Below are positions 1-9,761 of a stretch of 64,000 nt of DNA, in pieces. The DNA is taken from positions 3,180,676 through 3,244,675 of the forward strand of contig NZ_CP147012.1 of assembly GCF_037126285.1 (NCBI RefSeq), written 5' to 3'. Each line of letters begins with the position of its first letter. Position 1 is the stretch's first letter. Both the position numbers and the translations under genes were made by a program. Under the pieces are notes generated by a model, which was not told the origin of the DNA, did not search any database, and worked only from the letters and a program-made list of their open reading frames with translations. The DNA is from Bernardetia sp. MNP-M8 (lineage in GTDB: Bacteria > Bacteroidota > Bacteroidia > Cytophagales > Bernardetiaceae).

Positions 1-952
1 AAATCTGTTCTTGAGCGATGTCTTTTACTGAGTATGCATTGACAAATTTTCCAACTTCTTCTTGCATCATTTTTTTGATACGCTTAATTTGAATGGCATC
101 AACTGATTTTTTTTCATCTAAAATACTGACTTCAATTCCTAAGGCATCTAAAAGTGTTTTTTCGTCTTGTGTTTTATTTCTTGTTGCTTTTGCTTTTAAA
201 TTGTCTTTCTTGTTTTGCTGTATTCGTAATTCTACTTCGCCACGCATTACATCTAGTGTTTCTTGTTCATGTGTCAAGATGTTTCTAGCTTTTTGTAAAA
301 CCTGTTTCGAAACATTTTTTCCTGCTGTGTATTCTAAAAGATAATTCTGAACACTTTCCATTTTTCGTGGAATAACTCCATAAAGTTCTAATAAAAGAGC
401 GTTAAATCCGATTGTATCAAAATTTTCTAAGTCTTTTTTGCTTACTTTATTCGATTTAAAATCTACTTTTTTAGTTAAGTTATCCAACACATTTTGGGCT
501 TCTTCTACTTGTGCCATTGTAACATCAGCAGCCGAAACTTGGTAATTATGATGAATCGAACGCTGTGCATACTGTGTCAGATGACGAAAAAGCTCACGAA
601 CTTCTCCATTTTTGATAGCTGACCAAGAGTTTAAAAAATTAGAAGAAGTTGATTTATTCTTTGATGATTTATTTTCCAGTTCTTCTAAAAATAAATGGGT
701 TACATCTTTATATCCTTTCCGTACTTTTTCTCTGTATTTGCTTTCCCATTGATACATTGAATATTCATTTATGGCTGCTCGCTGCCCTACTCTTCCATAT
801 AATACCGAAAAAATATCATCAGAAATCTGTCGCATTTCATAGTATTTATTGTTGTTGTGAGCTGTTACCATTACTAGTTTCGCTGTTTTGAATTTAGTAA
901 TAGGCACTTTTGGTAAATGAGAACCAGCAGGAATAAAATGTTGCTTAATCAT
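1..952 (-). CDS. WGR domain-containing protein, C-terminal part cut by the window edge (start codon at 950-952)
   Basis: The reverse-strand translation begins MIKQHFIPAGSHLPKV...KYYEMRQISDDIFSVLYGRVGQRAAINEYSMYQWESKYREKVRKGYKDV. This fits the WGR domain pattern (an aromatic run then GR[IV]G ... EK..KGY). The frame is open for the full 950 nt and runs off the window. The + strand ORFs 93..344 and 649..891 sit inside it and are judged spurious. Confidence 0.55.
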   Translation of the reverse strand, partial: MIKQHFIPAGSHLPKVPITKFKTAKLVMVTAHNNNKYYEMRQISDDIFSVLYGRVGQRAAINEYSMYQWESKYREKVRKGYKDVTHLFLEELENKSSKNKSTSSNFLNSWSAIKNGEVRELFRHLTQYAQRSIHHNYQVSAADVTMAQVEEAQNVLDNLTKKVDFKSNKVSKKDLENFDTIGFNALLLELYGVIPRKMESVQNYLLEYTAGKNVSKQVLQKARNILTHEQETLDVMRGEVELRIQQNKKDNLKAKATRNKTQDEKTLLDALGIEVSILDEKKSVDAIQIKRIKKMMQEEVGKFVNAYSVKDIAQEQI

Positions 953-1745
953 AATAGGTAAATTTGGTGTATAAGAGAATGATAATTTTTTTAGTAAAAT
1001 TGGTATTCTCTTCTTTTATGAAAGCTAATATACCAATTATTTGCTAAAAAAAATAGCAATTACTAATTATTTATACAACAAATTTACATGAGTAGGTCGT
1101 AACGTATATGAGGACTAAAAAAAATGGCAAAAAAAAGCTATCAACTTTTTAGAGTTAATAGCTAGAATTTTTAAATATACAGTTCTCAGAGAAATACAAG
1201 AAATGAAATGCAAATACAATTTTTGAAGAGAAATAAAATTATTTCAATAAATTTAATGAATATATAACTATCAGCAAATCAGAATATTACAATTTTATTT
1301 TTTGACTATTTAACTAATAATGAATCTGTTTTGTAAAATAAATACAACTTTTTTTAATCATAATGCAACTAAACTGCACTTATGCTGGGTCTTTAATAAA
1401 AATAGGTATTACAAATATTCTTAAAAACACAAAGCTGATTAAAACAAAAATGCAACTATTCGAAAATTCTTACTTACTCTTTTTTAGCACTCATCAGCTT
1501 AACAAACAATAAATATTTAAAATAATTGTACTATTCCTTTATTTATAGGATTTTATTTGAAAAAAGTATACAATATCAATCAAATAAATTTTTTGAAATA
1601 GTATTATATTAATCTATCTACTTTTTTTACATTATTACTTTGTTTTACCTTGCACCTCCAAAAAAAATAACCCTCCGATAATTATTATTTATTCAAAAAC
1701 CAAATACAATTAAATTTTTATTGTATCATTTAATCCTTTTTTATT

Positions 1746-2159
1746 ATGAAAATGAAATATTTATTTTTTGCACTCCTCACAGCAGCAAGTTTATTTGTTA
1801 GTTGCAAAGATGATGAGTTAGAAGACAGTAAAAAATCAAGTGACCTTTTACAACTTTGCAATTATCAAAAAAGCAGAATAGACGGCTTTTTAACTAATCC
1901 TTGTGAAGGTGATATTTTTATCAAACGTCTATCTGGAGAAGGAGTAGTAAAATATGACTCTACTCTAAACGGTTATACTGTTTCTAGTCATGTGGAAGGA
2001 ACTATTGATTGTATTATTATTACTCTTTTTTGTGAAGATTATAGTAATTTATTAGGTAAAGAAATTAGCTATTCTTGTGACTACTATGAATATAATGGGT
2101 TTTATGATTCTCCTCTAGCTGGTACAGAAGTATTCGTAGGAAAAAAACTCAATTACTAA
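1746..2159 (+). CDS. small secreted lipoprotein, paralog 1 of a tandem family
   Basis: Signal peptide plus lipobox (MKMKYLFFALLTAASLFVSC). The 5' end and upstream region are near-identical to those of paralog 2. The mature part is divergent and Cys-rich. Confidence 0.6.
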   Translation: MKMKYLFFALLTAASLFVSCKDDELEDSKKSSDLLQLCNYQKSRIDGFLTNPCEGDIFIKRLSGEGVVKYDSTLNGYTVSSHVEGTIDCIIITLFCEDYSNLLGKEISYSCDYYEYNGFYDSPLAGTEVFVGKKLNY

Positions 2160-2271
2160 AATATAATACAAATCTGAAAAACATTTACAGAGCCAACCCT
2201 CCGACAATTATTATTTATTTAAAAACCAAATACAATTAAAATTTTATTGTATTACTTAATCTTTTTTTATT

Positions 2272-2691
2272 ATGAAAATGAAATATTTGTTTTTTGCACT
2301 CCTCACAGCAGCAAGTGCGTTTACAAGTTGTAATGATAGTGCACCTGACCCTACTCCAAATGAACCTTGTGTTACTTGTGAGAATGAAACTATTGTAGAT
2401 TCGCTTTTTGAGTATGAGGCTGTTGTCAAGAAGCATATGCATGACCCAACAAGCACTCCTAAATATATACTGAGTATAAGTCAAAAAGATTTAACTAGTG
2501 GAGAGAGTTATACTATTGCTAATGACAGCTTATTTTTACCTTGTCCTGCACTTTCTCAAGAATATCAAGAAATCGGTCTAAGGGTAAAAATTACTGGTTA
2601 TACAAAAAGTTGTACAAATGTTATAGGCGATGCTGAAACACGTCCTTTTTATGGGAGAAAACTAGAACTTATAGAAATTAAAAAATATTAA
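2272..2691 (+). CDS. small secreted lipoprotein, paralog 2
   Basis: MKMKYLFFALLTAASAFTSC lipobox. Shares the blocks CVTCENETIVDSLFEYEAVVKKH and RVKITGYTKSCT with paralog 3. Confidence 0.7.
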   Translation: MKMKYLFFALLTAASAFTSCNDSAPDPTPNEPCVTCENETIVDSLFEYEAVVKKHMHDPTSTPKYILSISQKDLTSGESYTIANDSLFLPCPALSQEYQEIGLRVKITGYTKSCTNVIGDAETRPFYGRKLELIEIKKY

Positions 2692-2831
2692 TCATAGACA
2701 TAAATAGTTCAAAGAAAATTACTAAAATATAATCAATTTTTATATGAAAATAACTTTACAAAATTAATCTTCCGAATATTATTTATTTATCAAAAAATCA
2801 AATTTCATCATTTATTTAATTCATTAAAATT

Positions 2832-3260
2832 ATGAACATCAAACATTTAATCTTTGCTCTATTTACAGCAGCAACTCTAAGCTCACTAGTAAGCTGCGAC
2901 GAAAGCACACCACAACCCACTCCAGAAACTTGTGTTACTTGTGAAAACGAAACTATTGTTGATTCGCTTTTTGAGTATGAAGCAGTAGTGAAAAAGCATA
3001 CTTTTAATAGTGAAGGTACAAGTACAAGATATATACTTAGTATTAGAAAATTAGATCTAAACTTAGGAAATAATGATTATTCTTTAACAATAGATAGTTT
3101 ATTTTATCCGTGTCCACCTTTGTCTAAAGAATATGAGGAAATAGATTTAAGAGTCAAAATTACAGGCTATACTAAGAGTTGTACAGGTGTTTTAGGAGAT
3201 CCTATGTCTCGTCCTCATTACGGACGAAAGTTAGATTTAGTAAAAATCGAAAAATATTAA
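2832..3260 (+). CDS. small secreted lipoprotein, paralog 3
   Basis: MNIKHLIFALFTAATLSSLVSC lipobox. About 60 percent identical to paralog 2 over the mature region. Confidence 0.7.
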   Translation: MNIKHLIFALFTAATLSSLVSCDESTPQPTPETCVTCENETIVDSLFEYEAVVKKHTFNSEGTSTRYILSIRKLDLNLGNNDYSLTIDSLFYPCPPLSKEYEEIDLRVKITGYTKSCTGVLGDPMSRPHYGRKLDLVKIEKY

Positions 3261-3281
3261 TTAAAAATCTAAAACAAAAAA

Positions 3282-4364
3282 ATGAAAATATTATTTTTAA
3301 CCCTCATAATCACAATTATGTCGTGTACTATGAGTTTTTCACAACGTACTTGTGGAACAGAACTAGATTTAGAGCAAATTAGAAAAAATGAGCCTGAACG
3401 ATTTAGGCATATTATGGAAATAGAAAAATTCATTTCTGAGCATATTCCTAATGAAAATCAGCGAATCATTGATCCAAATGGAACAATTATTATTCCTGTT
3501 GTAGTGCACATTTTGCACGATGGTTCGACTGTTGGTAGTAAATTTAATCCTGCCATGCTTACTGTACAGACGCAAATAAATGTACTTAATCAAGATTATA
3601 ATCGTTTGAATGCTGATCGTACTCGTACACCTGATGTATTCCAAGGTGTAGCTGCTAGTATGGATATAGAATTTCGTTTAGCTTGTATTGATCCTAATGG
3701 AAATCCTACTACTGGTGTTACTCGTAAAAACGTGGGAAATAGAGAATTTACTACTACTACTAATGAAGTAGCTAATGGTATAAAATTTAATAGTACAGGA
3801 GGACAAGATGCTTGGGACACAAATAAATATCTTAATATTTGGGTATGTAAGTTGAGTGGAATATCTCTAGGGTATACTCAATCTATTGACAAATACTTGA
3901 CTAATCCAAATACTGATGGAGTTGTTATTAATACTACTAATTTTGGTTATGATGGAATTGTTCAAGCTCCACATGAGAGAGGACGTACTGCTACTCATGA
4001 GGTAGGGCATTGGATGGGTTTAAGGCATATATGGGGAGGTGATGAGAAAACCTGTAGTGATGATGATTTTGTAAATGATACTCCTGTCCAGTATTATTAT
4101 AATGACGTATGCCGACCATCAAGTTCTTGTGGTAATGAGCCAAATGGAGATATGTTTATGAATTTTATGGACTACACTCCTGATGCTTGTATGAATCTAT
4201 TTACAGAAGGACAAAAAGCTAGAGCAAGGGCAAACTTTATGAATGTAGGTGTTCGTGCTAGTTTTGCTAATGGAAACTTTAATCTTAGTGAGGTATCTTC
4301 TTCTAGGTCGTGTTCTTCTCTGACTGTTTCTTTGAGAAATCAGTCTTGTCTTCCTGTTACTTAG
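3282..4364 (+). CDS. M43 (cytophagalysin/pappalysin-like) zinc metallopeptidase catalytic region, ending at an in-frame TAG
   Basis: Signal peptide, then the metzincin motif HEVGHWMGLRH (HExxHxxGxxH). The ORF ends at a TAG, but the same frame stays open from 4365 to 5054. Confidence 0.8.
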   Translation: MKILFLTLIITIMSCTMSFSQRTCGTELDLEQIRKNEPERFRHIMEIEKFISEHIPNENQRIIDPNGTIIIPVVVHILHDGSTVGSKFNPAMLTVQTQINVLNQDYNRLNADRTRTPDVFQGVAASMDIEFRLACIDPNGNPTTGVTRKNVGNREFTTTTNEVANGIKFNSTGGQDAWDTNKYLNIWVCKLSGISLGYTQSIDKYLTNPNTDGVVINTTNFGYDGIVQAPHERGRTATHEVGHWMGLRHIWGGDEKTCSDDDFVNDTPVQYYYNDVCRPSSSCGNEPNGDMFMNFMDYTPDACMNLFTEGQKARARANFMNVGVRASFANGNFNLSEVSSSRSCSSLTVSLRNQSCLPVT

Positions 4365-5054
4365 TCGGTAGTAGGAGGAACAATAAGTAGTCAAAGCAAT
4401 ACACAAGCCACTATTAATGGAACTTCTGGAAATATAACGCTTACGGCTACTTCTGGAAATTATACAGATACAAAGACGTTTTATTTAGGACAAGCAGCTA
4501 TTACTACTTCTGATATAGGTAAGCAGTTTTGTAAAACAACTTACTACGAAACTCAAAACTACATTGAGTTTGAAGGAAATGGATTTGCTCCATTGGGGGC
4601 TAATTTTCAAATAGAAAAGAATACGAATAATTTTGCTTACTATCTAACAAACAATAAAATGTTTATTCAACCTCATACAGCAGGTTTTATTTCTTTTAGA
4701 GTGCGTGTACTGGGCTATTGTGGTTGGTCGGCTTGGAAACTTTTTCAATATCCTGTTACAAATTGTGGTGCTGGAGGTATTTTTTTCAAAACCTATCCAA
4801 ATCCTGTAAAGGAAAGCCTAACTATAGATTTTACTACTGATAGTAAGGAAAATCAAAAACAAGCAAGTTTGGAAGAAGTAAAAATAGAGTTTTATAATTC
4901 CTACCAAAAGCTAGTATTTGAAACTACATTTAAAGAAGAACAAAAAGACAGAAAAATTAATATTGATACCAACAAACTACCAAACGGAGTTTATTATCTC
5001 AAACTAATCAATAAAAAAGAAGTCTATACAGAAAGAATTGTGATAGAAAAATAA
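4365..5054 (+). pseudogene. in-frame continuation of the M43 peptidase ORF carrying a T9SS C-terminal sorting domain; this is either a gene disrupted by a single TAG or a sequencing error
   Basis: The frame is identical to 3282..4364 with no further stops. The C-terminal 90 residues (YPNPVKESLTIDF...NGVYYLKLINKKEVYTERIVIEK) match a Por/T9SS sorting domain. The only internal start is a TTG at 4593. Confidence 0.55.
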
Positions 5055-5085
5055 AAAAAACAGGAAAATCAATAAAAAAACAAAA

Positions 5086-5123
5086 GCCTTTATTAGAATT
5101 AGTCTAATAAAGGCTTTTTTGAC
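5086..5123. terminator. bidirectional rho-independent terminator between the convergent M43/T9SS ORF and msrA
   Basis: aaaagcctttattagaattagtctaataaaggctttttt forms a 10-bp stem with T/A runs on both sides. Confidence 0.6.
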
Positions 5124-5185
5124 GACTAAAAGTGTTTGAGAATAGATTTTATACTTTTCTGTTGCTCTGCTAAAGTAAGAAGTTT

Positions 5186-5935
5186 CTACTTACCATATTC
5201 CTTTTTGAGTTTATTAGGAAATACTTTTTTGAGTTTATCTACTTTCGGACTAATTATGAAAGAGCAATAGCCTTGAGTTTTATTATTGTTGTAATAATTT
5301 TGATGATAATTTTCGGCTACATAGAATTTTCCTAAAGGTGTAATTTCGGTAACGATTGGTTTATCAAAAACTTTTTCCTCTGTTAATCTTTTTAAGTAAA
5401 ACTCTGCTTTTTCTTTTTGCTCTTCGTTGTGGTAAAAAACGCCCGAACGATATTGTGTTCCGACATCGTTTCCTTGTCTATTAAGAGTTGTTGGGTCGTG
5501 TGTAGCCCAAAAAACTTCTAATAATTCATCAAAAGTAATTATTTCTGGATTGTATGTAATTTGTGCCACCTCTGCATGTCCTGTTGTACCAGTACAGATT
5601 TGTTTGTAAGTTGGGTTTGGCACTTGCCCCCCTGTATATCCTGAAATAACTGTATCAACGCCTTCTAAACGCTGAAAAACAGCTTCGATACACCAAAAAC
5701 ATCCTGCTCCAAAAGTAGCTTTTTCTAGTTTTGCATTTATGTCTGTCATAGTATTATTTTTTTCTGTTTTAGTTTTTGCTTGATTTGAGTCTATAGAATC
5801 TTTTGCATGAGCATTTTGTTTTGGCGAACAAGCACTTGCAAAAATGGCTGACAAACTCATCAGAAGTAAAATGAAGAAAGGAAGTGTAGTTTTATTTTTC
5901 ATTGAGATGTTTTTTATTTTATAAATGGCTGACAA
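5186..5935 (-). CDS. msrA: peptide-methionine (S)-S-oxide reductase MsrA with an N-terminal signal/lipoprotein leader
   Basis: Active-site motif GAGCFWC followed by IEAVFQRLEGV and YHQNYY in the same ORF. The first in-frame Met may not be the true start. Confidence 0.9.
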   Translation of the reverse strand: MSAIYKIKNISMKNKTTLPFFILLLMSLSAIFASACSPKQNAHAKDSIDSNQAKTKTEKNNTMTDINAKLEKATFGAGCFWCIEAVFQRLEGVDTVISGYTGGQVPNPTYKQICTGTTGHAEVAQITYNPEIITFDELLEVFWATHDPTTLNRQGNDVGTQYRSGVFYHNEEQKEKAEFYLKRLTEEKVFDKPIVTEITPLGKFYVAENYHQNYYNNNKTQGYCSFIISPKVDKLKKVFPNKLKKEYGK

Positions 5936-6365
5936 TTGACTCTAAATCAATAGTCATGCTTTTTTATCCTAAAACCTTCATTTTTAAGACTTTGTTAGAT
6001 GATTTATTAATTTTTGTGAGAATAAATTATACAAAAACACCATTTCATTTGCTCTAAAAAATATTTTTTTTATTCTGATAAGGAACTTCTTTTACTTTTT
6101 ATGTGGTTGGGTGGGTGTATCAAATAATTTTTTTCAACTGCAAACTTATACAAACAATGACGTATCGGAAAAATAACTTGTCTTTAGTATCAATGATAAG
6201 GTAAACCGTCTTGTTTCTATCTTCTTTCTTATTAATTTTTTTTGAGTGGGAGCGACTAGAAATAAGAAACCTTCTATTCGCTTTGAATTGCTTTCGTTTA
6301 CAAAAACAGCCGTTTTTGTACCTCCTTCGTATTGCCTTTTTGTTAGTAAAAACAGCCTAAAAAAA

Positions 6366-7667
6366 ATGTCAATTATGGCTTTGTCAAAACTCAAACTCAA
6401 AAAAATTAGAGAAGAACAAATTCTTCAAAATTATCAAAATACACTCAAAAAAAATAAAAACACACACGTAAAATCATTACGAAAAGTAGCCAAGCAACAT
6501 GCAAAAAATAGTGTTTTGCCAGTTTACACTAATGAAAGAGTAAACAAATTAGTTACCTTGATGAGTTCTGGAAGCCATCGAAAAGAGTTTTCAGAAATTA
6601 TAAATCTTATCGCTCAAAAAGGAAAAACTGAAGCACTTTTGCAAGAAGATTATATCTTAGATGCTTTGTCTTGTGTAGCAAAAGAACATTCTTTTTTCAT
6701 CAGAACTATTGAAGATTGGAAACCAAAAGGACGTAATTCTGAAAAATTGTTTGCTGATTTGGTGCGTCATCTTTTTGTAAAGTATGATATTCCTGCTTGT
6801 ATGACTTCACTTTGGTTTGATAGCGAAAATAAATTGTCTAGAAGTTGGTTTATTGATGTTGGACAAGGTAAAAATACTTCTAAATTGAATCATTTTCCTA
6901 CAATTCTTACCAAAAAAGAGGCACATTATTTTACAAAAGCTCCTTCAAAGTTTACTTTCATTGCAGCCATTCGTTACGGACAAGTAAAGGCAATAGGAGG
7001 CACAACAGGTTTTATAAATAATCTTGTTCAGACTGATTTAGGAAAATATTTGTATCCAAAAGAAGGTTTTTGGAAAGAAGTAATTGCTTTTTTGTTCAGA
7101 AATAATCCTACTGCTACAGCACATCAACTAGATATTGTTGTCGAATATATTTGGACTCAAAAGTTTGCTAGACTTTGGGGACAAAATACCAAAGGACAAG
7201 TAGTTCAGAAAAATCCCTCTGACCCAAATTTTGATTTGAAAGGCAGAACGTGGGATTCTCTTTGGAAAAAAGCCTTTGAATGGTTTAAAGTCGTTGGTTT
7301 TTCTCGTCAAACTCCTCAAGAATGGGCACATTTTATGATGGAAGACAATTATGTGAGAGCCAAAACAGGACAATGTTTTGTTTTTCAACAACTTCTTACC
7401 AAACAAGAGCTTTTTGAAGAAGGTAAAAATATGAATCACTGTGTAGGTTCTTATGTGAGTGATTGTAAAAATAGTAAATCAGCTATCTTTTCTATGCAAA
7501 ATGTCCTTTCAAGAAATAATTCTTTGGTAACGATAGAAGTAGATCCAAAAACACGAAAAATTGTACAAACAAGTCGTCGTTTCAATCATTTTCCTTCTGA
7601 TTTTGAAAAAGAAATTATAAAAGAGTGGGCAAAACAAAATGATTTGAAAGTGCCTAGCTATTATTGA
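6366..7667 (+). CDS. hypothetical protein, possibly PcfJ-like, with a conserved C-terminal HCVGSY motif
   Basis: A long ORF with K-rich N-terminal helices. The C-terminal block EEGKNMNHCVGSYVSD...LVTIEVDPKTRKIVQ resembles the PcfJ-like domain as I recall it. The ATG at 6366 (MSIMALSKLK) is preferred over the upstream TTG-started reading. Confidence 0.35.
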   Translation: MSIMALSKLKLKKIREEQILQNYQNTLKKNKNTHVKSLRKVAKQHAKNSVLPVYTNERVNKLVTLMSSGSHRKEFSEIINLIAQKGKTEALLQEDYILDALSCVAKEHSFFIRTIEDWKPKGRNSEKLFADLVRHLFVKYDIPACMTSLWFDSENKLSRSWFIDVGQGKNTSKLNHFPTILTKKEAHYFTKAPSKFTFIAAIRYGQVKAIGGTTGFINNLVQTDLGKYLYPKEGFWKEVIAFLFRNNPTATAHQLDIVVEYIWTQKFARLWGQNTKGQVVQKNPSDPNFDLKGRTWDSLWKKAFEWFKVVGFSRQTPQEWAHFMMEDNYVRAKTGQCFVFQQLLTKQELFEEGKNMNHCVGSYVSDCKNSKSAIFSMQNVLSRNNSLVTIEVDPKTRKIVQTSRRFNHFPSDFEKEIIKEWAKQNDLKVPSYY

Positions 7668-7672
7668 TTGAT

Positions 7673-7712
7673 AAAAAAGGTCTAATAAAAATTAATTTAT
7701 CAGACCTTTTTG
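7673..7712. terminator. bidirectional terminator between 6366..7667 (+) and rluB (-)
   Basis: aaaaaggtctaataaaaattaatttatcagaccttttt forms an 8-bp stem flanked by A and T runs. Confidence 0.5.
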
Positions 7713-7764
7713 TATTTTCATATATTTCAGTTCTAACTTCTAAAATCAGACTTCTAAATTTATT

Positions 7765-8940
7765 CTACTGTCCTCTTTTATTAAAGAAACGCAAACGAAT
7801 AATTTCCCGTTCGTTCAAAAGACGATATTGTCCACGCCCTAGCGTTTCTTTGGTAAGTCCTGCATAGACAGTTCTGTCTAATCTAATTACTTCATAGCCT
7901 AAGTGAGCAAACATGCGTCTTACAATTCTGTTTTTGCCAATATGAAGTTCTACTCCTACTGAAAGACCATCAGGTGATAAAATAGCTGCCCCATCTGCTT
8001 TGGCTAATCCGTCTTCAAGCTGTAAACCTTCTTTTAATTGCTCTACTTCTTCTTCCGAAAATGGCTTGTCTAATGTTACTCTGTATATTTTCTGAACTTC
8101 ATACGAAGGATGAGAAAGTTGTTTTGCCATTTCTCCGTCATTTGTAAAAAGTAAAAGTCCTGTAGTATTTCTGTCTAGTCTTCCTACTGGATAAATGCGT
8201 TCTGTGGTTGCTTTTTTGACCAAATCCATTACAGTTTTGCGTCCTTTTGGGTCACTTGTAGTTGTAATAAAATCTTTTGGCTTATTTAGAAGAACATACA
8301 CAGGTTTCTCTTTGCGAAGAACTTTACCTTTATATTTTACCTCGTCGGTTGGTCTTACTTTAAAACCTAATTCTTTTACTACTTTTCCATTTACACTAAT
8401 TTCTCCTTTTGCAATAAGTGTATCAGCTTCTCTACGAGAACACACACCTGAATTTGAAATGTAACGATTCAGTCTCCAAATTTCATTATTGCTGTTTGAA
8501 GAATACGAATTTTCTTTTGCTTTATCAGAGGTTATATTTTTTGCAGCAACACGAGTAGGACGTTCAAATTTTTTGTCCATTTTTTTGAAATTCTTGTCTT
8601 TACTTTTTCGATCTTCAAAACTTCTATCTTTTTGATAGGTTTTTTCAGTAGATTCTGTGCGCTCTGTTCTGTTTGGTCTTTCTGTACGTTCTGAATTAGT
8701 TGTTTTTTCTTGTCTTAATTTAGGAGCTGTTTTTTTTGAAATAGTTTTATTTTCTTCTTGCTTTAGTTTTTCATCTTGTTTCTTTTTCTCAAAATGAGGA
8801 TTAGGTTTGTTCTTCGCTTTTGCAAAACGATTACTTTTCAAGTTTCCTTTTTCAGCTGATTTGAGTTTAGGTTTGAAGGCAGAATTGTTATCTAAGTTAG
8901 AATCTTTTTTTTGATTTGGCTGCTTATCGTTATTTTTCAT
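7765..8940 (-). CDS. rluB: 23S rRNA pseudouridine synthase (RluB/RsuA family) with a long Lys/Glu-rich N-terminal extension
   Basis: S4 domain (RLNRYISNSGVCSRREADTLI) plus PseudoU_synth_2 motifs (YVLLNKP, PVGRLDRNTTGLLLFTNDGE). Confidence 0.85.
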   Translation of the reverse strand: MKNNDKQPNQKKDSNLDNNSAFKPKLKSAEKGNLKSNRFAKAKNKPNPHFEKKKQDEKLKQEENKTISKKTAPKLRQEKTTNSERTERPNRTERTESTEKTYQKDRSFEDRKSKDKNFKKMDKKFERPTRVAAKNITSDKAKENSYSSNSNNEIWRLNRYISNSGVCSRREADTLIAKGEISVNGKVVKELGFKVRPTDEVKYKGKVLRKEKPVYVLLNKPKDFITTTSDPKGRKTVMDLVKKATTERIYPVGRLDRNTTGLLLFTNDGEMAKQLSHPSYEVQKIYRVTLDKPFSEEEVEQLKEGLQLEDGLAKADGAAILSPDGLSVGVELHIGKNRIVRRMFAHLGYEVIRLDRTVYAGLTKETLGRGQYRLLNEREIIRLRFFNKRGQ

Positions 8941-9089
8941 TGAATATCTTTTCAGTTTGTTAATAAAATTACGAGCGCATCTCGCAATTGTTTTTAATGA
9001 TTGGCTTTTAGTGATTGATGAAATAACTTATCTTATTCAAATTTATTTGTTATGAAATTTTAGTTATATGCATCACTAATAATTAATCA

Positions 9090-9761
9090 CTAATCGTTAG
9101 TTTCTTCTTGATTTTTTTTGTCTTGAATAGCTTTTGTTCCTCGTTGAAATTTGAAGAGTGAAAATTCATCACCTTCTTCGTCTTCCAAATTCGATTGTAA
9201 TCTAGCTTGTTTTTGTGCAGATTCTACATCTTCAGCAGACAAATCTTCTGGCATTGGCAAATCATCTAAGGAATTAATTCCGAAATAGTGCATAAACTTA
9301 TCAGAAGTTCCGTACAAAATAGGACGACCAGCTGTTTTATCTTTTCCCTTAATTACTAAAAGTTCTTTTTCTAATAATTTCTGAACGGCATAGTCACAAC
9401 TTACACCACGTATGGCTTCTAGTTTTGATTTTGTAATAGGCTGTTTGTAAGCAATAAGAGCAAGCGTTTCGATAGCAGATTTTGAAAGTTTACGTTTTGC
9501 TCTTTGAGTAAGCAACAAACTTATACTACTCTGAAATTCGGATTTGGTCAAGAATTGGAATCCTCCTGCAATTGCTTTTATTTCGATTGCAAAATCAGCT
9601 TGTTCATAGCGTTTTTGTAATACTTCTATAGCATCATCTATATCTTGTTTTGGAACTTCTGTACCGAAAAGCTCCTCTAAAACCTTTTGAATTTCTTTTA
9701 CAGAAATAGGAGAGGGAGAACAAAAAATAAGAGATTCTATATGATTGAGTAAATATTGCAC
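9090..9761 (-). CDS. scpB: segregation and condensation protein B
   Basis: IESLIFCSPSPISVKEIQKVL ... RGVSCDYAVQKLLEKELLVIKG ... GRPILYGTSDKFMHYFG is the typical ScpB tandem winged-helix signature. Confidence 0.85.
   Translation of the reverse strand: MQYLLNHIESLIFCSPSPISVKEIQKVLEELFGTEVPKQDIDDAIEVLQKRYEQADFAIEIKAIAGGFQFLTKSEFQSSISLLLTQRAKRKLSKSAIETLALIAYKQPITKSKLEAIRGVSCDYAVQKLLEKELLVIKGKDKTAGRPILYGTSDKFMHYFGINSLDDLPMPEDLSAEDVESAQKQARLQSNLEDEEGDEFSLFKFQRGTKAIQDKKNQEETND

Noticed and set aside
93-891. The + strand ORFs 93..344 and 649..891.
   Set aside because: They lie entirely within the continuous minus-strand WGR-domain reading frame, have low-complexity hydrophobic translations and no start context. 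They are shadow ORFs.
953-1745. tRNA or other RNA genes in the long AT-rich gaps (953..1745, 9762..10248, 18640..19172, 22834..23504, 47511..48139, 55464..55830).
   Set aside because: No GC-rich cloverleaf segments (for example GGTTCGAATCC-like T-arms) are visible, nor tmRNA, RNase P or SRP conserved blocks. The gaps look like promoter and UTR DNA. Small ncRNAs cannot be excluded without covariance-model scans.
3179-3644. ORFs 3179..3382 (+) and 3369..3644 (-) overlapping the M43 gene and its start.
   Set aside because: They overlap a well-supported CDS in alternative frames. Their translations are Asn, Ile and Lys-rich, typical of AT-rich out-of-frame reading.
4593-5054. Treating 4593..5054 as an independent gene.
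   Set aside because: It would start at a TTG and consist only of a T9SS C-terminal sorting domain with no cargo. It is in the same frame as 3282..4364 with no intervening stop other than the single TAG, so it is better explained as the disrupted 3' end of the protease gene.
7765-8940. The K/E/N-rich first 150 residues of the rluB ORF as a separate gene or fusion artefact.
   Set aside because: The frame is continuous, and low-complexity basic N-terminal extensions are common on RluB-type synthases. No internal start or terminator separates them.
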